From positions 80,534 to 144,533 of the forward strand of contig JALLOO010000001.1 of assembly GCA_027717985.1 (NCBI GenBank): DNA of 64,000 nucleotides. Reading direction: 5' to 3'. Of this stretch, positions 1 to 7,848 are shown in pieces. Below the pieces are notes generated by a model. The model ran no database searches. It saw nothing but the letters and a program-made list of their open reading frames with translations, and was not told the DNA's origin. A program made the translations under genes and the position numbers. Position 1 is the first letter of the stretch. Every line of letters begins with the position of its first letter. This stretch comes from Patescibacteria group bacterium AH-259-L05. Its GTDB lineage: Bacteria > Patescibacteriota > Patescibacteriia > UBA2591 > UBA6264.

Positions 1-81
1 CAAGGTCCTACCACCTCGGGAGGTCGGATCTCCAGCCATAGTATTGCCGCATCAATTATTTTACAAAATTATCTTGATCAA

Positions 82-140
82 ATAAGAACCTGACTTCGTC
101 AGAACCTTGAAGTTTGAAAGGAATAATATTTTTATCCAAA
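82..140 (+). repeat. Family-B short repeat, intergenic copy in the 5' leader of the MraY/WecA-type gene (ATAAGAACCTGACTTCGTCAGAACCTTGAAGTTTGAAAGGAATAATATTTTTATCCAAA)
   Basis: Nearly identical to 24905-24983 apart from a 20-nt nested insert there. Shares its core with 58668-58696 and 12808-12894. The core is two AGAACCT direct repeats flanking a CTGAC-TTC-GTCAG hairpin. Confidence 0.8.
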
Positions 141-144
141 CTTT

Positions 145-1242
145 ATGATATATATACTTTTTTTTATTGCAAGCTTTATACTTTCTATTTTTATAACCTT
201 TGTTGTTAAGACTCTTGCGTTAAAACTTAAAATATTAGATTGGCCAGAAGTAGGAGGACGGAAAATACATAAAAAGCCAGTTCCGCTCTTGGGCGGTTTG
301 GCTATTTTTATTACCTTTTTTGTTATTTTGTTTGTTATTTATTTGACGCCACTATGGCCAGAAGGCGCCGTAAAGCTAAAACATTTAATTGGATTATTAT
401 TAGGGGGGATAGTTATAATGGTTGGCGGATTTTTAGATGACAAATATCAATTAAAACCATATTATCAAATTATTTGGCCGATTATTGCAGTAATCATTAT
501 TGGTGTGAGCGGGATGGGAATCGAATATGTTAATAATCCTATAGGAGAAGGATATGTACATCTTGATACATATAAAATTGAGGTTATACGTTTGAGCGGG
601 ATCCCCTATTATTTTACGCCTTTGGCTGATATAGTAACGTTTGTATGGTTAATGCTGGTAATGTATGCTACTAAACTTCTTGATGGATTAGATGGATTGG
701 TAAGCGGTATAACTTTTTTGGGGGCGTTAAGTATTGCAGGATTGTCTTTTTTGACCATATTTTTTCAGCCTGATGTAGGATTAATGGCACTACTATTTGC
801 CGGCGCAGTATTAGGATTTTTATTATTTAATTTTCACCCTGCAAAAATATTTTTAGGAGAAGGAGGAAGTTTATTTGCCGGCTTTATGTTAGGGGCCCTT
901 GCTATTATTTCAGGGGGGAAATTAGCAACTACGTTTTTAATTGTGGGCTTAGCAGTATTTGATTTGTTTGGGGTAGTGGTGAGAAGGGTCATAATTTCAC
1001 ATGGTTCAGCATTTTTGCCTGATAGGGCTCACCTACATTTTCGTCTGCTCGAAGTTGGGCTTTCTCATAAAAAAGCAGTGTTATTGTATTGGATTATTGC
1101 GGTTTTGTTTGGTATTGCCGCTCTATTTTTACGCACCACCGGAAAAATTGTTGCATTAGCCATTTTATTGGCACTCTCAGTTATCTTAATTGGTTTTTTG
1201 CCTGCAAAAAAGGCTCAAATTGACAAACGAGGTGTTTCATGA
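145..1242 (+). CDS. Glycosyltransferase family 4, MraY/WecA-type polyprenyl-phosphate sugar-1-phosphate transferase
   Basis: 365-aa multi-TM ORF with motifs FLDDKYQLKP, KLLDGLDGL and NFHPAKIFLGEGGSLFAGF, typical of the MraY/WecA family. MraY versus WecA cannot be separated by eye. Confidence 0.8.
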   Translation: MIYILFFIASFILSIFITFVVKTLALKLKILDWPEVGGRKIHKKPVPLLGGLAIFITFFVILFVIYLTPLWPEGAVKLKHLIGLLLGGIVIMVGGFLDDKYQLKPYYQIIWPIIAVIIIGVSGMGIEYVNNPIGEGYVHLDTYKIEVIRLSGIPYYFTPLADIVTFVWLMLVMYATKLLDGLDGLVSGITFLGALSIAGLSFLTIFFQPDVGLMALLFAGAVLGFLLFNFHPAKIFLGEGGSLFAGFMLGALAIISGGKLATTFLIVGLAVFDLFGVVVRRVIISHGSAFLPDRAHLHFRLLEVGLSHKKAVLLYWIIAVLFGIAALFLRTTGKIVALAILLALSVILIGFLPAKKAQIDKRGVS

Positions 1243-1255
1243 TATACTGATTGCT

Positions 1256-2821
1256 ATGGTTAAGGCAAAGAAAGAAGAAATTGTGGTGTTTGCGCAAACG
1301 TATGACCGTAAAGTCAAAAAAGATATTGGCATTAAAACCAATGATCGCCGACAGCACATGTATTTATTAGGTACCGCAAAGACAGGGAAGTCAACAATGC
1401 TGGAAAACATGATATATCAAGATATATACGCAGGACGCGGCGTTGCGGTTGTTGACCCGCATGGCAAGTTGGCTTCACGGGTACTTAATTTTATCCCCAC
1501 CCATCGCATTAATGATGTTATTTATTTTAATCCTACTGACCGAGAACATCCTTTTGCATTTAATGTATTAGAAGATGTTGATGTAAGTTATCGACATTTT
1601 TTAGTTGTTTCTGGCCTGATCTCTGTTTTTAAAAAAATGTGGGTTGATATATGGGGGCCGCAATTAGAATATACGTTACGTAACATCATTTTAGCATTAC
1701 TTGAGTATCCTGGCTCAACCTTGTTGGGTATTATGCGTATGCTTTCCGATGAGGAATTTAGAGATCGCGTACTTACGCATAGTACTGATCCAGAAGTGAA
1801 GTCATTTTGGCGAGATGAGTATCCGCGCTACCCAGATCATTTACAAGCAGAAGTTATTACGCCAATTACTAATAGAATCAGTAAGTTATTATCTGTACCA
1901 TTGGTAAGAAATATTGTAGGGCAGGTGAAATCAAAAGTGAATATGCGCGAAGTACTTGATAAAGGAAAGATTGTAATTATAGATTTATCCAAGGCGCGTA
2001 TTGGAGAAGATGCGACAACCTTGTTGGGCGCGATGATGACGGTAAAAATTCAAATGGCGGCCATGGCCCGGAGACTTATGAGCGAGGATAAGCGACGTGA
2101 TTTTTATTTGTATATTGATGGATTTGATAACTTTGCCACTGATTCGTTTATTGAAACGCTATCAGAGGCACATACATATCGTCTCAACCTTGTTATCGCA
2201 CATCAATATATTGATCAGTTAGTAACAGGAGGAGATACACGTTTACGAGATGCTCTTTTTAATAATGTGGGAACCATGGTGATATATAGGGTGAGTGCTG
2301 AAGATAATACATTTTTATCTAAAACGTTGTTTCCTCGAAAGATTAAAAAAGTTGATTTAATGAATTTAGATAGGCACCAGATATATATTAAGCGTATAGT
2401 TGATGGTACCGTATCAAAGCCGTTTGCCGCCATGACCTTGCCCAGAATGGCATCCCTTGAGGGAAATAAACGTAAAATTATTACGCTCTCACAAGAGCAG
2501 TATACTGAGCCACAAAAAATTGTTGAAGAAAAAATAGCGCGATGGCGAGGCCTTATTAGCAAGGATGAACATGTATCTCCCCAAGGAGAAAAAGATATGT
2601 ACCAAGCAAGATGTGATACATGTAAGACAGATATATATATATCATTTATCCCTGATGGAGTGCGTCCCGTGTTTTGTAAAAAATGTTTAAAAGAATGGGA
2701 AAACCAGCAGAGTCATTTGCCCAGACAGGAACAAGAATATGAAAAAAAATCCCCCTTGCTGCAAGAAATTTCATTGGAACAAGCAATGAAAAAAGATCCT
2801 GTTTCATTTAAAAAAAGATAA
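1256..2821 (+). CDS. VirD4/TraD-like (type IV coupling protein family) P-loop NTPase with C-terminal CxxC...CxxC zinc ribbon
   Basis: Walker A GTAKTGKST, VVDPHGKL, IAHQYIDQL (TraG/TraD-type Q..Q motif) and C-terminal CDTCKTDIYISFIPDGVRPVFCKKC. I prefer the start at ATG 1256 (MVKAKKEE) because the 1190 start overlaps the upstream CDS. Confidence 0.6.
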   Translation: MVKAKKEEIVVFAQTYDRKVKKDIGIKTNDRRQHMYLLGTAKTGKSTMLENMIYQDIYAGRGVAVVDPHGKLASRVLNFIPTHRINDVIYFNPTDREHPFAFNVLEDVDVSYRHFLVVSGLISVFKKMWVDIWGPQLEYTLRNIILALLEYPGSTLLGIMRMLSDEEFRDRVLTHSTDPEVKSFWRDEYPRYPDHLQAEVITPITNRISKLLSVPLVRNIVGQVKSKVNMREVLDKGKIVIIDLSKARIGEDATTLLGAMMTVKIQMAAMARRLMSEDKRRDFYLYIDGFDNFATDSFIETLSEAHTYRLNLVIAHQYIDQLVTGGDTRLRDALFNNVGTMVIYRVSAEDNTFLSKTLFPRKIKKVDLMNLDRHQIYIKRIVDGTVSKPFAAMTLPRMASLEGNKRKIITLSQEQYTEPQKIVEEKIARWRGLISKDEHVSPQGEKDMYQARCDTCKTDIYISFIPDGVRPVFCKKCLKEWENQQSHLPRQEQEYEKKSPLLQEISLEQAMKKDPVSFKKR

Positions 2822-2822
2822 C

Positions 2823-4985
2823 ATGAAAACTGATAAAATTCGAAAAACATTTTTAGATTTTTTTAAGAGAAGGGGTCATGAAATTATTCCCTCATCTTCG
2901 TTAATTCCTGCTGATCCGACAGCATTATTTACTTCAGCAGGTATGCAGCAATTTGTGCCGTATTTGTCTGGTGAGGTTGAACCGCCCTATCGCCGTGCCG
3001 CAAGTGCGCAAAAGTGTTTTCGTACCTCTGATATTGATGAGGTAGGTGATGAATATCATCATACCTATTTTGAAATGCTTGGTAATTGGTCATTTGGTGA
3101 TTATTTTAAGACTGAGGCAATTCAATGGGCATTGGAATTATTGGTAAAAGAATATAAGTTACCACAGGATAAGCTTTGGGTGACTGTATTTTTAGGAGAA
3201 AGAGGCGTGTCCAAAGATACGGAAGCAGCAAAGCTGTGGGAGCAATTTGGCGTTGATAAGAAAAGAATTAAAGAGTTTGGTATGGAGGATAATTTTTGGG
3301 GGCCGGTTGGTTCAACCGGGCCATGCGGGCCATGTACTGAAATTCATTATGATCAAGGCAAAGATTTTCAAAAAGAAAAATGCTCTCTTAATGGATGCGG
3401 GCCGAATTGTAGTTGCGGGAGATTTGTTGAAGTATGGAATTTAGTATTTATGGAGTATCGCAAGACTCGTGAAGGTAAATATGAAAAATTACCTGCGCAA
3501 AACGTTGATACCGGCGCGGGATTAGAACGTCTCGCCGCAGTGCTTCAAAACAAATCATCAGATTATGAAACAGATTTATTTTTGCCCATAGTTAATACAA
3601 TTAAAGAGCTTTCGCCAATTTCTTTGTCATCTCCCCCTCTGTCTTCCCGAGCGACCCCTCCTTTGTCATCCCGAGCGACCCCTCCTTTGTCATCCCGAGC
3701 GACCCCTCCTTTGTCATCCCGAGCGACCCCTCCTTTGTCATCCCGAGCGACCCCTCCTTTGTCATCCCGAGCGACCCCTCCTTTGTCATCCCGAGCGACC
3801 CCTCCTTTGTCATCCCGAGCGACCCCTCCTTTGTCATCCCGAGCGACCCCTCCTCTGTCTTCCCGAGCGACCCCTCCTTTGTCATCCCGAGCGACCCCTC
3901 CTTTGTCATCCCGAGCGACCCCTCCTTTGTCATCCCGAGCGACCGAAGGGAGCGAGGGATCCCAACAAAATGAAAAAGCAGTTCGCGTTATTGCTGATCA
4001 TATGCGCGCCGTGTGTTTTTTAATTGCCGATGGCGTGATTCCTTCAAATGAAGATCGCGGATATATGCTTCGCCGGTTAATGCGAAGGGCGATGCGCTAT
4101 GCTCGCAGGCTTCATATGGGGAAAAATTTTTTAATCCCCATTTGCCAAGTGATCATTGATGTATATAAGGGGCAGTATCCCGAATTACAAAAAAAACAAA
4201 ATGATATTTTAACATTGGTGCAAAACGAAGAAGAAAAATTTATGAAAAGCCTGCGTGATGGATTGAAACGGTTTAGAGTATTAGTACAAGAGACAAAAAA
4301 TCAAGACGAGACTGTTTTAGATCCTCAAAAAACATTTCAACTCTATGATACGTATGGCTTCCCGATTGAATTAACCATTGAGATGGCGCAGGAAAAGGGA
4401 TTAACAGTGGATGAAGTTGGGTTTCAAAAAGAGTTTGAGCGTCATCGAAAAATATCACGCGCCGGCGCAGTGCATAAGTTTAGTGGTGTTGGTGAGTGGG
4501 GAGATAAGGTCGCGCCCCAGCACAGCGCTACCCATTTGCTCCATCAAGCATTGCGCGATGTACTAGGCGAGCATGTGCATCAAGATGGTTCTGATTTAAC
4601 GCCTGAGCGCCTGCGGTTTGATTTTACACACCCTAAGCCATTAACAAAGGAAGAGATTAAAGCAATTGAAGATTTGGTAAATAAGCAAATTGAGCGCGAT
4701 CTCATCGTGACGGTTGAAAAAAAGAAATTTGAAAATGCGGTTAAAGCTGGTGCGCTTGCTTTTTTTAGAGAGAAATATCCTAAAGAAGTGACCGTCTATA
4801 CTATGGGGGATTTTTCAAAAGAGGTATGTACCGGGCCGCATGTTAAACATACGAACCAAATTGGAAAATTTAAAATTGTAAAAGATGAAGCGCTTTCTGC
4901 AGGAGCGAGAAGGATTAGAGCAGTGGTTGAGGGGAGTACATATAAACCAAAAGGGATTTCAGTTTTTGATTCTAAAAGCATTTAA
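2823..4985 (+). CDS. alaS: Alanine--tRNA ligase, short form (no C-Ala domain), carrying a 13x8-aa repeat insertion
   Basis: FTSAGMQQF, RVIADHMRAVCFLIADGVIPSNEDRGY, and the editing-domain motifs HSATHLLHQAL and CTGPHV. 720 aa including about 114 aa encoded by the repeat. Confidence 0.93.
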   Translation: MKTDKIRKTFLDFFKRRGHEIIPSSSLIPADPTALFTSAGMQQFVPYLSGEVEPPYRRAASAQKCFRTSDIDEVGDEYHHTYFEMLGNWSFGDYFKTEAIQWALELLVKEYKLPQDKLWVTVFLGERGVSKDTEAAKLWEQFGVDKKRIKEFGMEDNFWGPVGSTGPCGPCTEIHYDQGKDFQKEKCSLNGCGPNCSCGRFVEVWNLVFMEYRKTREGKYEKLPAQNVDTGAGLERLAAVLQNKSSDYETDLFLPIVNTIKELSPISLSSPPLSSRATPPLSSRATPPLSSRATPPLSSRATPPLSSRATPPLSSRATPPLSSRATPPLSSRATPPLSSRATPPLSSRATPPLSSRATPPLSSRATPPLSSRATEGSEGSQQNEKAVRVIADHMRAVCFLIADGVIPSNEDRGYMLRRLMRRAMRYARRLHMGKNFLIPICQVIIDVYKGQYPELQKKQNDILTLVQNEEEKFMKSLRDGLKRFRVLVQETKNQDETVLDPQKTFQLYDTYGFPIELTIEMAQEKGLTVDEVGFQKEFERHRKISRAGAVHKFSGVGEWGDKVAPQHSATHLLHQALRDVLGEHVHQDGSDLTPERLRFDFTHPKPLTKEEIKAIEDLVNKQIERDLIVTVEKKKFENAVKAGALAFFREKYPKEVTVYTMGDFSKEVCTGPHVKHTNQIGKFKIVKDEALSAGARRIRAVVEGSTYKPKGISVFDSKSI
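3621..3962 (+). repeat. Family-A repeat: tandem array of 13 x 24 bp (CCCCTCCTTTGTCATCCCGAGCGA-type) plus terminal hairpin arm, in frame in alaS
   Basis: 3633-3944 is 13 phased 24-nt units translated as (PPLSSRAT)13. Two units carry the CTGTCTTCC variant. The 3945-3961 arm GAAGGGAGCGAGGGATC pairs with the last unit. Confidence 0.95.
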
Positions 4986-4988
4986 TGT

Positions 4989-5681
4989 ATGTATACAATA
5001 AAGCTTGAACAATTTTCTGGCCCGTTTGATATCCTCCTTAGTTTAATTGAGAAAGAAAAATTAGATATTACTGAAGTTTCATTATCCAAGGTAGCTGATG
5101 AATTTCTTAAATATGTACATACACTGGAAGAGGTAAGCGCGCAAGAACTTGCTGATTTTTTAGAAGTCGTTGCAAAGCTGATTTTGATTAAATCGCGGCT
5201 TTTGATTCCTGAGGCTATATTTGATGAAGAAGAAGCTGATGAGCTTATTGATCAGTTAAAGATTTATCGCGAATTCGCACATGCATCAAAAGGTGTATCA
5301 CACTTAGTAGCTGCGCCGTTGTATTCATTTGCTAAAGAAAAGATACCGTTAGCCGAAACATCAAATATTACCTTTGACTTAAAAGTAGATCCATTACTTT
5401 TGGAAAAAAACTTTAAAAGCATTGTATTTGACATTTTAGAGCAGATTAAGCTTTCACAAAAAAGTATAAAGAGAAAAGTGATTTCTTTGCGAGAAAAAGT
5501 TAATGAATTGCTTATTTTGCTTAAAAAACATGAAAAAGTTATATTTAACCCCCTACTGAAAGGCAAGAAGCGCATTGAGCAGGCAGTAATGTTTTTAGCA
5601 GTGTTAGAATTAATGAAGCAAAAAAAAGTGCAGGTACAACAAAAAGAATTATTTGGTGAGATTGTAATTAAACAAATATAG
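4989..5681 (+). CDS. scpA: Segregation and condensation protein A
   Basis: N-terminus FSGPFDILLSLIEKEKLDITEVSLSKVADEF is typical of ScpA. It is followed directly by scpB. Confidence 0.85.
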   Translation: MYTIKLEQFSGPFDILLSLIEKEKLDITEVSLSKVADEFLKYVHTLEEVSAQELADFLEVVAKLILIKSRLLIPEAIFDEEEADELIDQLKIYREFAHASKGVSHLVAAPLYSFAKEKIPLAETSNITFDLKVDPLLLEKNFKSIVFDILEQIKLSQKSIKRKVISLREKVNELLILLKKHEKVIFNPLLKGKKRIEQAVMFLAVLELMKQKKVQVQQKELFGEIVIKQI

Positions 5682-5683
5682 AC

Positions 5684-6214
5684 ATGGCACTAAAGTCAAT
5701 ATTAGAAAGTTTATTATTTATTGCGCATCGGCCATTAGAAAAAAAAGAAATGGCAGCGTTTGCTAATGGATCTAAAGAAGAGGTTGATGAAGTGCTTACT
5801 ATATTGATTAATGAATATAACAGCAGGGGAGGAGGCATTAAAATTATTCAAAACAACAATGAGTATCAAATGGTAACGGCGCCGCAAAATAGTGAAGTAG
5901 TTTCAAAATTTTTAAAGACTGAAATTACCGGAGAATTAACGCCTGCATCATTAGAGACTTTATCAATTATTGCGTATCGGGGGCCGATTATAAGAGATGA
6001 GTTGGAGCAGATCCGTGGGGTAAATTGTTCTATTATTTTACGGAATTTACTCATTAAAGGATTAATTATTGAGATTAATAAAGATAAGCAGATATATAAT
6101 GTGAGTTTAGATTTTATCCGCCAACTCGGTATTGTGGATATTAAAGAACTCCCTGATTACGACCGCTTAAAACGAGATATTCCCTTATCTTCACTCATAA
6201 GCGAAGAAGAGTAA
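5684..6214 (+). CDS. scpB: Segregation and condensation protein B
   Basis: ILESLLFIAHRPL and SIIAYRGPIIRDELEQIRGV winged-helix motifs. Adjacent to scpA. Confidence 0.85.
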   Translation: MALKSILESLLFIAHRPLEKKEMAAFANGSKEEVDEVLTILINEYNSRGGGIKIIQNNNEYQMVTAPQNSEVVSKFLKTEITGELTPASLETLSIIAYRGPIIRDELEQIRGVNCSIILRNLLIKGLIIEINKDKQIYNVSLDFIRQLGIVDIKELPDYDRLKRDIPLSSLISEEE

Positions 6215-6286
6215 GCTCTCATAGTTCAACGGATAGAACACAGGTTTCCGGAACCTGCAATGGAGGTTCAATTCCTCCTGAGAGCA
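6215..6286 (+). tRNA. tRNA-Arg (anticodon CCG)
   Basis: Hand-folded cloverleaf: acceptor GCTCTCA/TGAGAGC, D arm GTTC/GAAC, anticodon arm CAGGT-TTCCGGA-ACCTG (CCG at positions 34-36), T arm GGAGG-TTCAATT-CCTCC. No CCA is encoded. Confidence 0.85.
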
Positions 6287-6298
6287 TTTTGAATTAGA

Positions 6299-7633
6299 AT
6301 GGTAAAAATAGTTTTAAAAAAAATGATTCCCAATCAATTTTTATTGTTATATCATAAGATTTTGGCATATGTAGCTGCGTTTTTGTATGGGCATCCAAGT
6401 AAAAAAATGATTGTTATTGGCGTAACCGGAACTTCAGGCAAGTCAACCGTAGTTAATTTAATTGCAAGCATTTTAGAAGCTGCTGGACATAGATGTGGTT
6501 TAACTACCACATTTAATTTTAAAATTGGCAATAAAGAGATTGTTAATACCATGCGCATGACCATGCCGGGTAGATTTAAGCTGCAAAGTCTATTAAAGCA
6601 AATGCATAGAGCTGGATGTGAGTATGCTATTATTGAAACAACCTCTCAAGGAATTGTTCAATTTCGACATATAGGCATTAATTATGATATGGCCGTGTTT
6701 ACGAATTTATCTCCTGAGCATATTGAATCACATGGAAGTTTTAAAAAGTACCGTCAAGCTAAAGAAGTGCTATTTAAACATGTAACTAAAAAGAAGAATA
6801 AGGTAATTAATGGCAAGAAGATTAAAAAAATAATCGTGGTAAATAGTGATGATGAAAATGCAGAACATTTTTTAAAGTACAGGGCTGATGAAAAATATGA
6901 ATATGGAATACAATGTAAAAGACAAAGTACAGGGCATAACATTATTAAAGCAGAGGATATTGTATCAGGCATTAGGGGGGTAGAATTTAGTATTCAAGGG
7001 ATGGCATTTCAATTGCAGTTGCTGGGTACATTTAGTGTATATAATGCGTTAGCAAGTATAAGTGTTGCGTTATCACAGGGCATAGATTTATCTACGTGCC
7101 AGAAGACATTAGAGGGCATACAAAATATGCCAGGGAGAATGGAAATAGTAGCGCGTGAACCATTAGTTATTATTGATCAAGTATATATACCTGACTCCTT
7201 AGAGAAAGTTTATAAGACTATTGAAAGTTTCAAGTATCAAGTATTAGATTCTAAGACGATTTGTGTATTTGGTGCAGCAGGCGGGGGAAGAGATACGTGG
7301 AAGCGACCAGTTTTGGGAAGAGTTGCACAAAAATATTGTGATTATATAATCGTTACTACTGAAGATCCATACGATGAAGATCCACAAGTAATTATTAATG
7401 AGGTAATTTCTGGTATAGCGAATAATCAAGACTTAATTAAACACAAAAAACTTTTTATGATTCTTGATCGTGAGGAAGCTATTGAAAAAGCATTAGAAAT
7501 TGCACAAAAAAATGATATTGTTGTTATAACAGGTAAGGGCGCAGAGCAATCAATAGTGATAAAAGGTAAAAAAATACCATGGAGTGATAAAAAAGTAGTA
7601 AAAAAGTTGTTAGAGCATAAAAGGAGTGTGTAA
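6299..7633 (+). CDS. Mur ligase family protein (MurE-like UDP-N-acetylmuramoyl-tripeptide synthetase)
   Basis: P-loop VIGVTGTSGKST, Mur central and C-terminal domains, and TTEDPYDEDP (compare the MurE DNPRxEDP region). Confidence 0.72.
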   Translation: MVKIVLKKMIPNQFLLLYHKILAYVAAFLYGHPSKKMIVIGVTGTSGKSTVVNLIASILEAAGHRCGLTTTFNFKIGNKEIVNTMRMTMPGRFKLQSLLKQMHRAGCEYAIIETTSQGIVQFRHIGINYDMAVFTNLSPEHIESHGSFKKYRQAKEVLFKHVTKKKNKVINGKKIKKIIVVNSDDENAEHFLKYRADEKYEYGIQCKRQSTGHNIIKAEDIVSGIRGVEFSIQGMAFQLQLLGTFSVYNALASISVALSQGIDLSTCQKTLEGIQNMPGRMEIVAREPLVIIDQVYIPDSLEKVYKTIESFKYQVLDSKTICVFGAAGGGRDTWKRPVLGRVAQKYCDYIIVTTEDPYDEDPQVIINEVISGIANNQDLIKHKKLFMILDREEAIEKALEIAQKNDIVVITGKGAEQSIVIKGKKIPWSDKKVVKKLLEHKRSV

Positions 7634-7682
7634 AAACTGTGGATAACCTATTTCTTTGCTTATTTAAGGGGAAAAATCATGC

Positions 7683-7711
7683 TTGACAAAACAAAATTAA
7701 TATGCTATTGT
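7683..7711 (+). promoter_or_regulatory. Predicted sigma70-type promoter upstream of rpoB (TTGACA-17-TATTGT)
   Basis: -35 at 7683-7688, 17-nt spacer, -10 at 7706-7711. A perfect TGTGGATAA 9-mer lies at 7638-7646. Confidence 0.4.
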
Positions 7712-7848
7712 AAAATACAATCTAATAAATTTACCCTTTTGTATCAGGGTAATAGACTAATTTTGTCCCCTTGAATATTATTTAGAGACAAAATTGAATT
7801 AAAAAATCCCTTATAGATATCTTGAGGGGATTTTTGCGTCTTGTATCT

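Noticed and set aside
1-93. 3' end of an upstream gene at the left edge; also considered as a structured RNA (SRP/RNase P-like) because of the CACCTCGGGAGGTC hairpin
   Set aside because: Two frames are open (frame 1 to the TGA at 91-93, frame 2 to the TAA at 83-85) and neither peptide is recognisable, so no product can be supported. No conserved SRP, RNase P or tmRNA motifs were found.
3601-3933. Antisense ORF encoding (MTKEGSLG)n in the supplied track
   Set aside because: It is the reverse-strand shadow of the 24-bp tandem repeat inside alaS. It is open only because the repeat unit lacks stops in that frame. The sense strand carries a well-conserved alaS frame.
3633-3944. Possible CRISPR array (regular 24-bp direct repeats)
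   Set aside because: The repeats are contiguous with no spacers, sit in frame inside a conserved gene, and no cas genes are present.
7802-7836. Hairpin (AAAAATCCC...GGGATTTTT) just upstream of the rpoB start, as an attenuator or terminator
   Set aside because: The stem has only 3-4 G:C pairs, the loop is 15 nt, and the T run is itself part of the stem. That is too weak to call without folding energies or conservation data.
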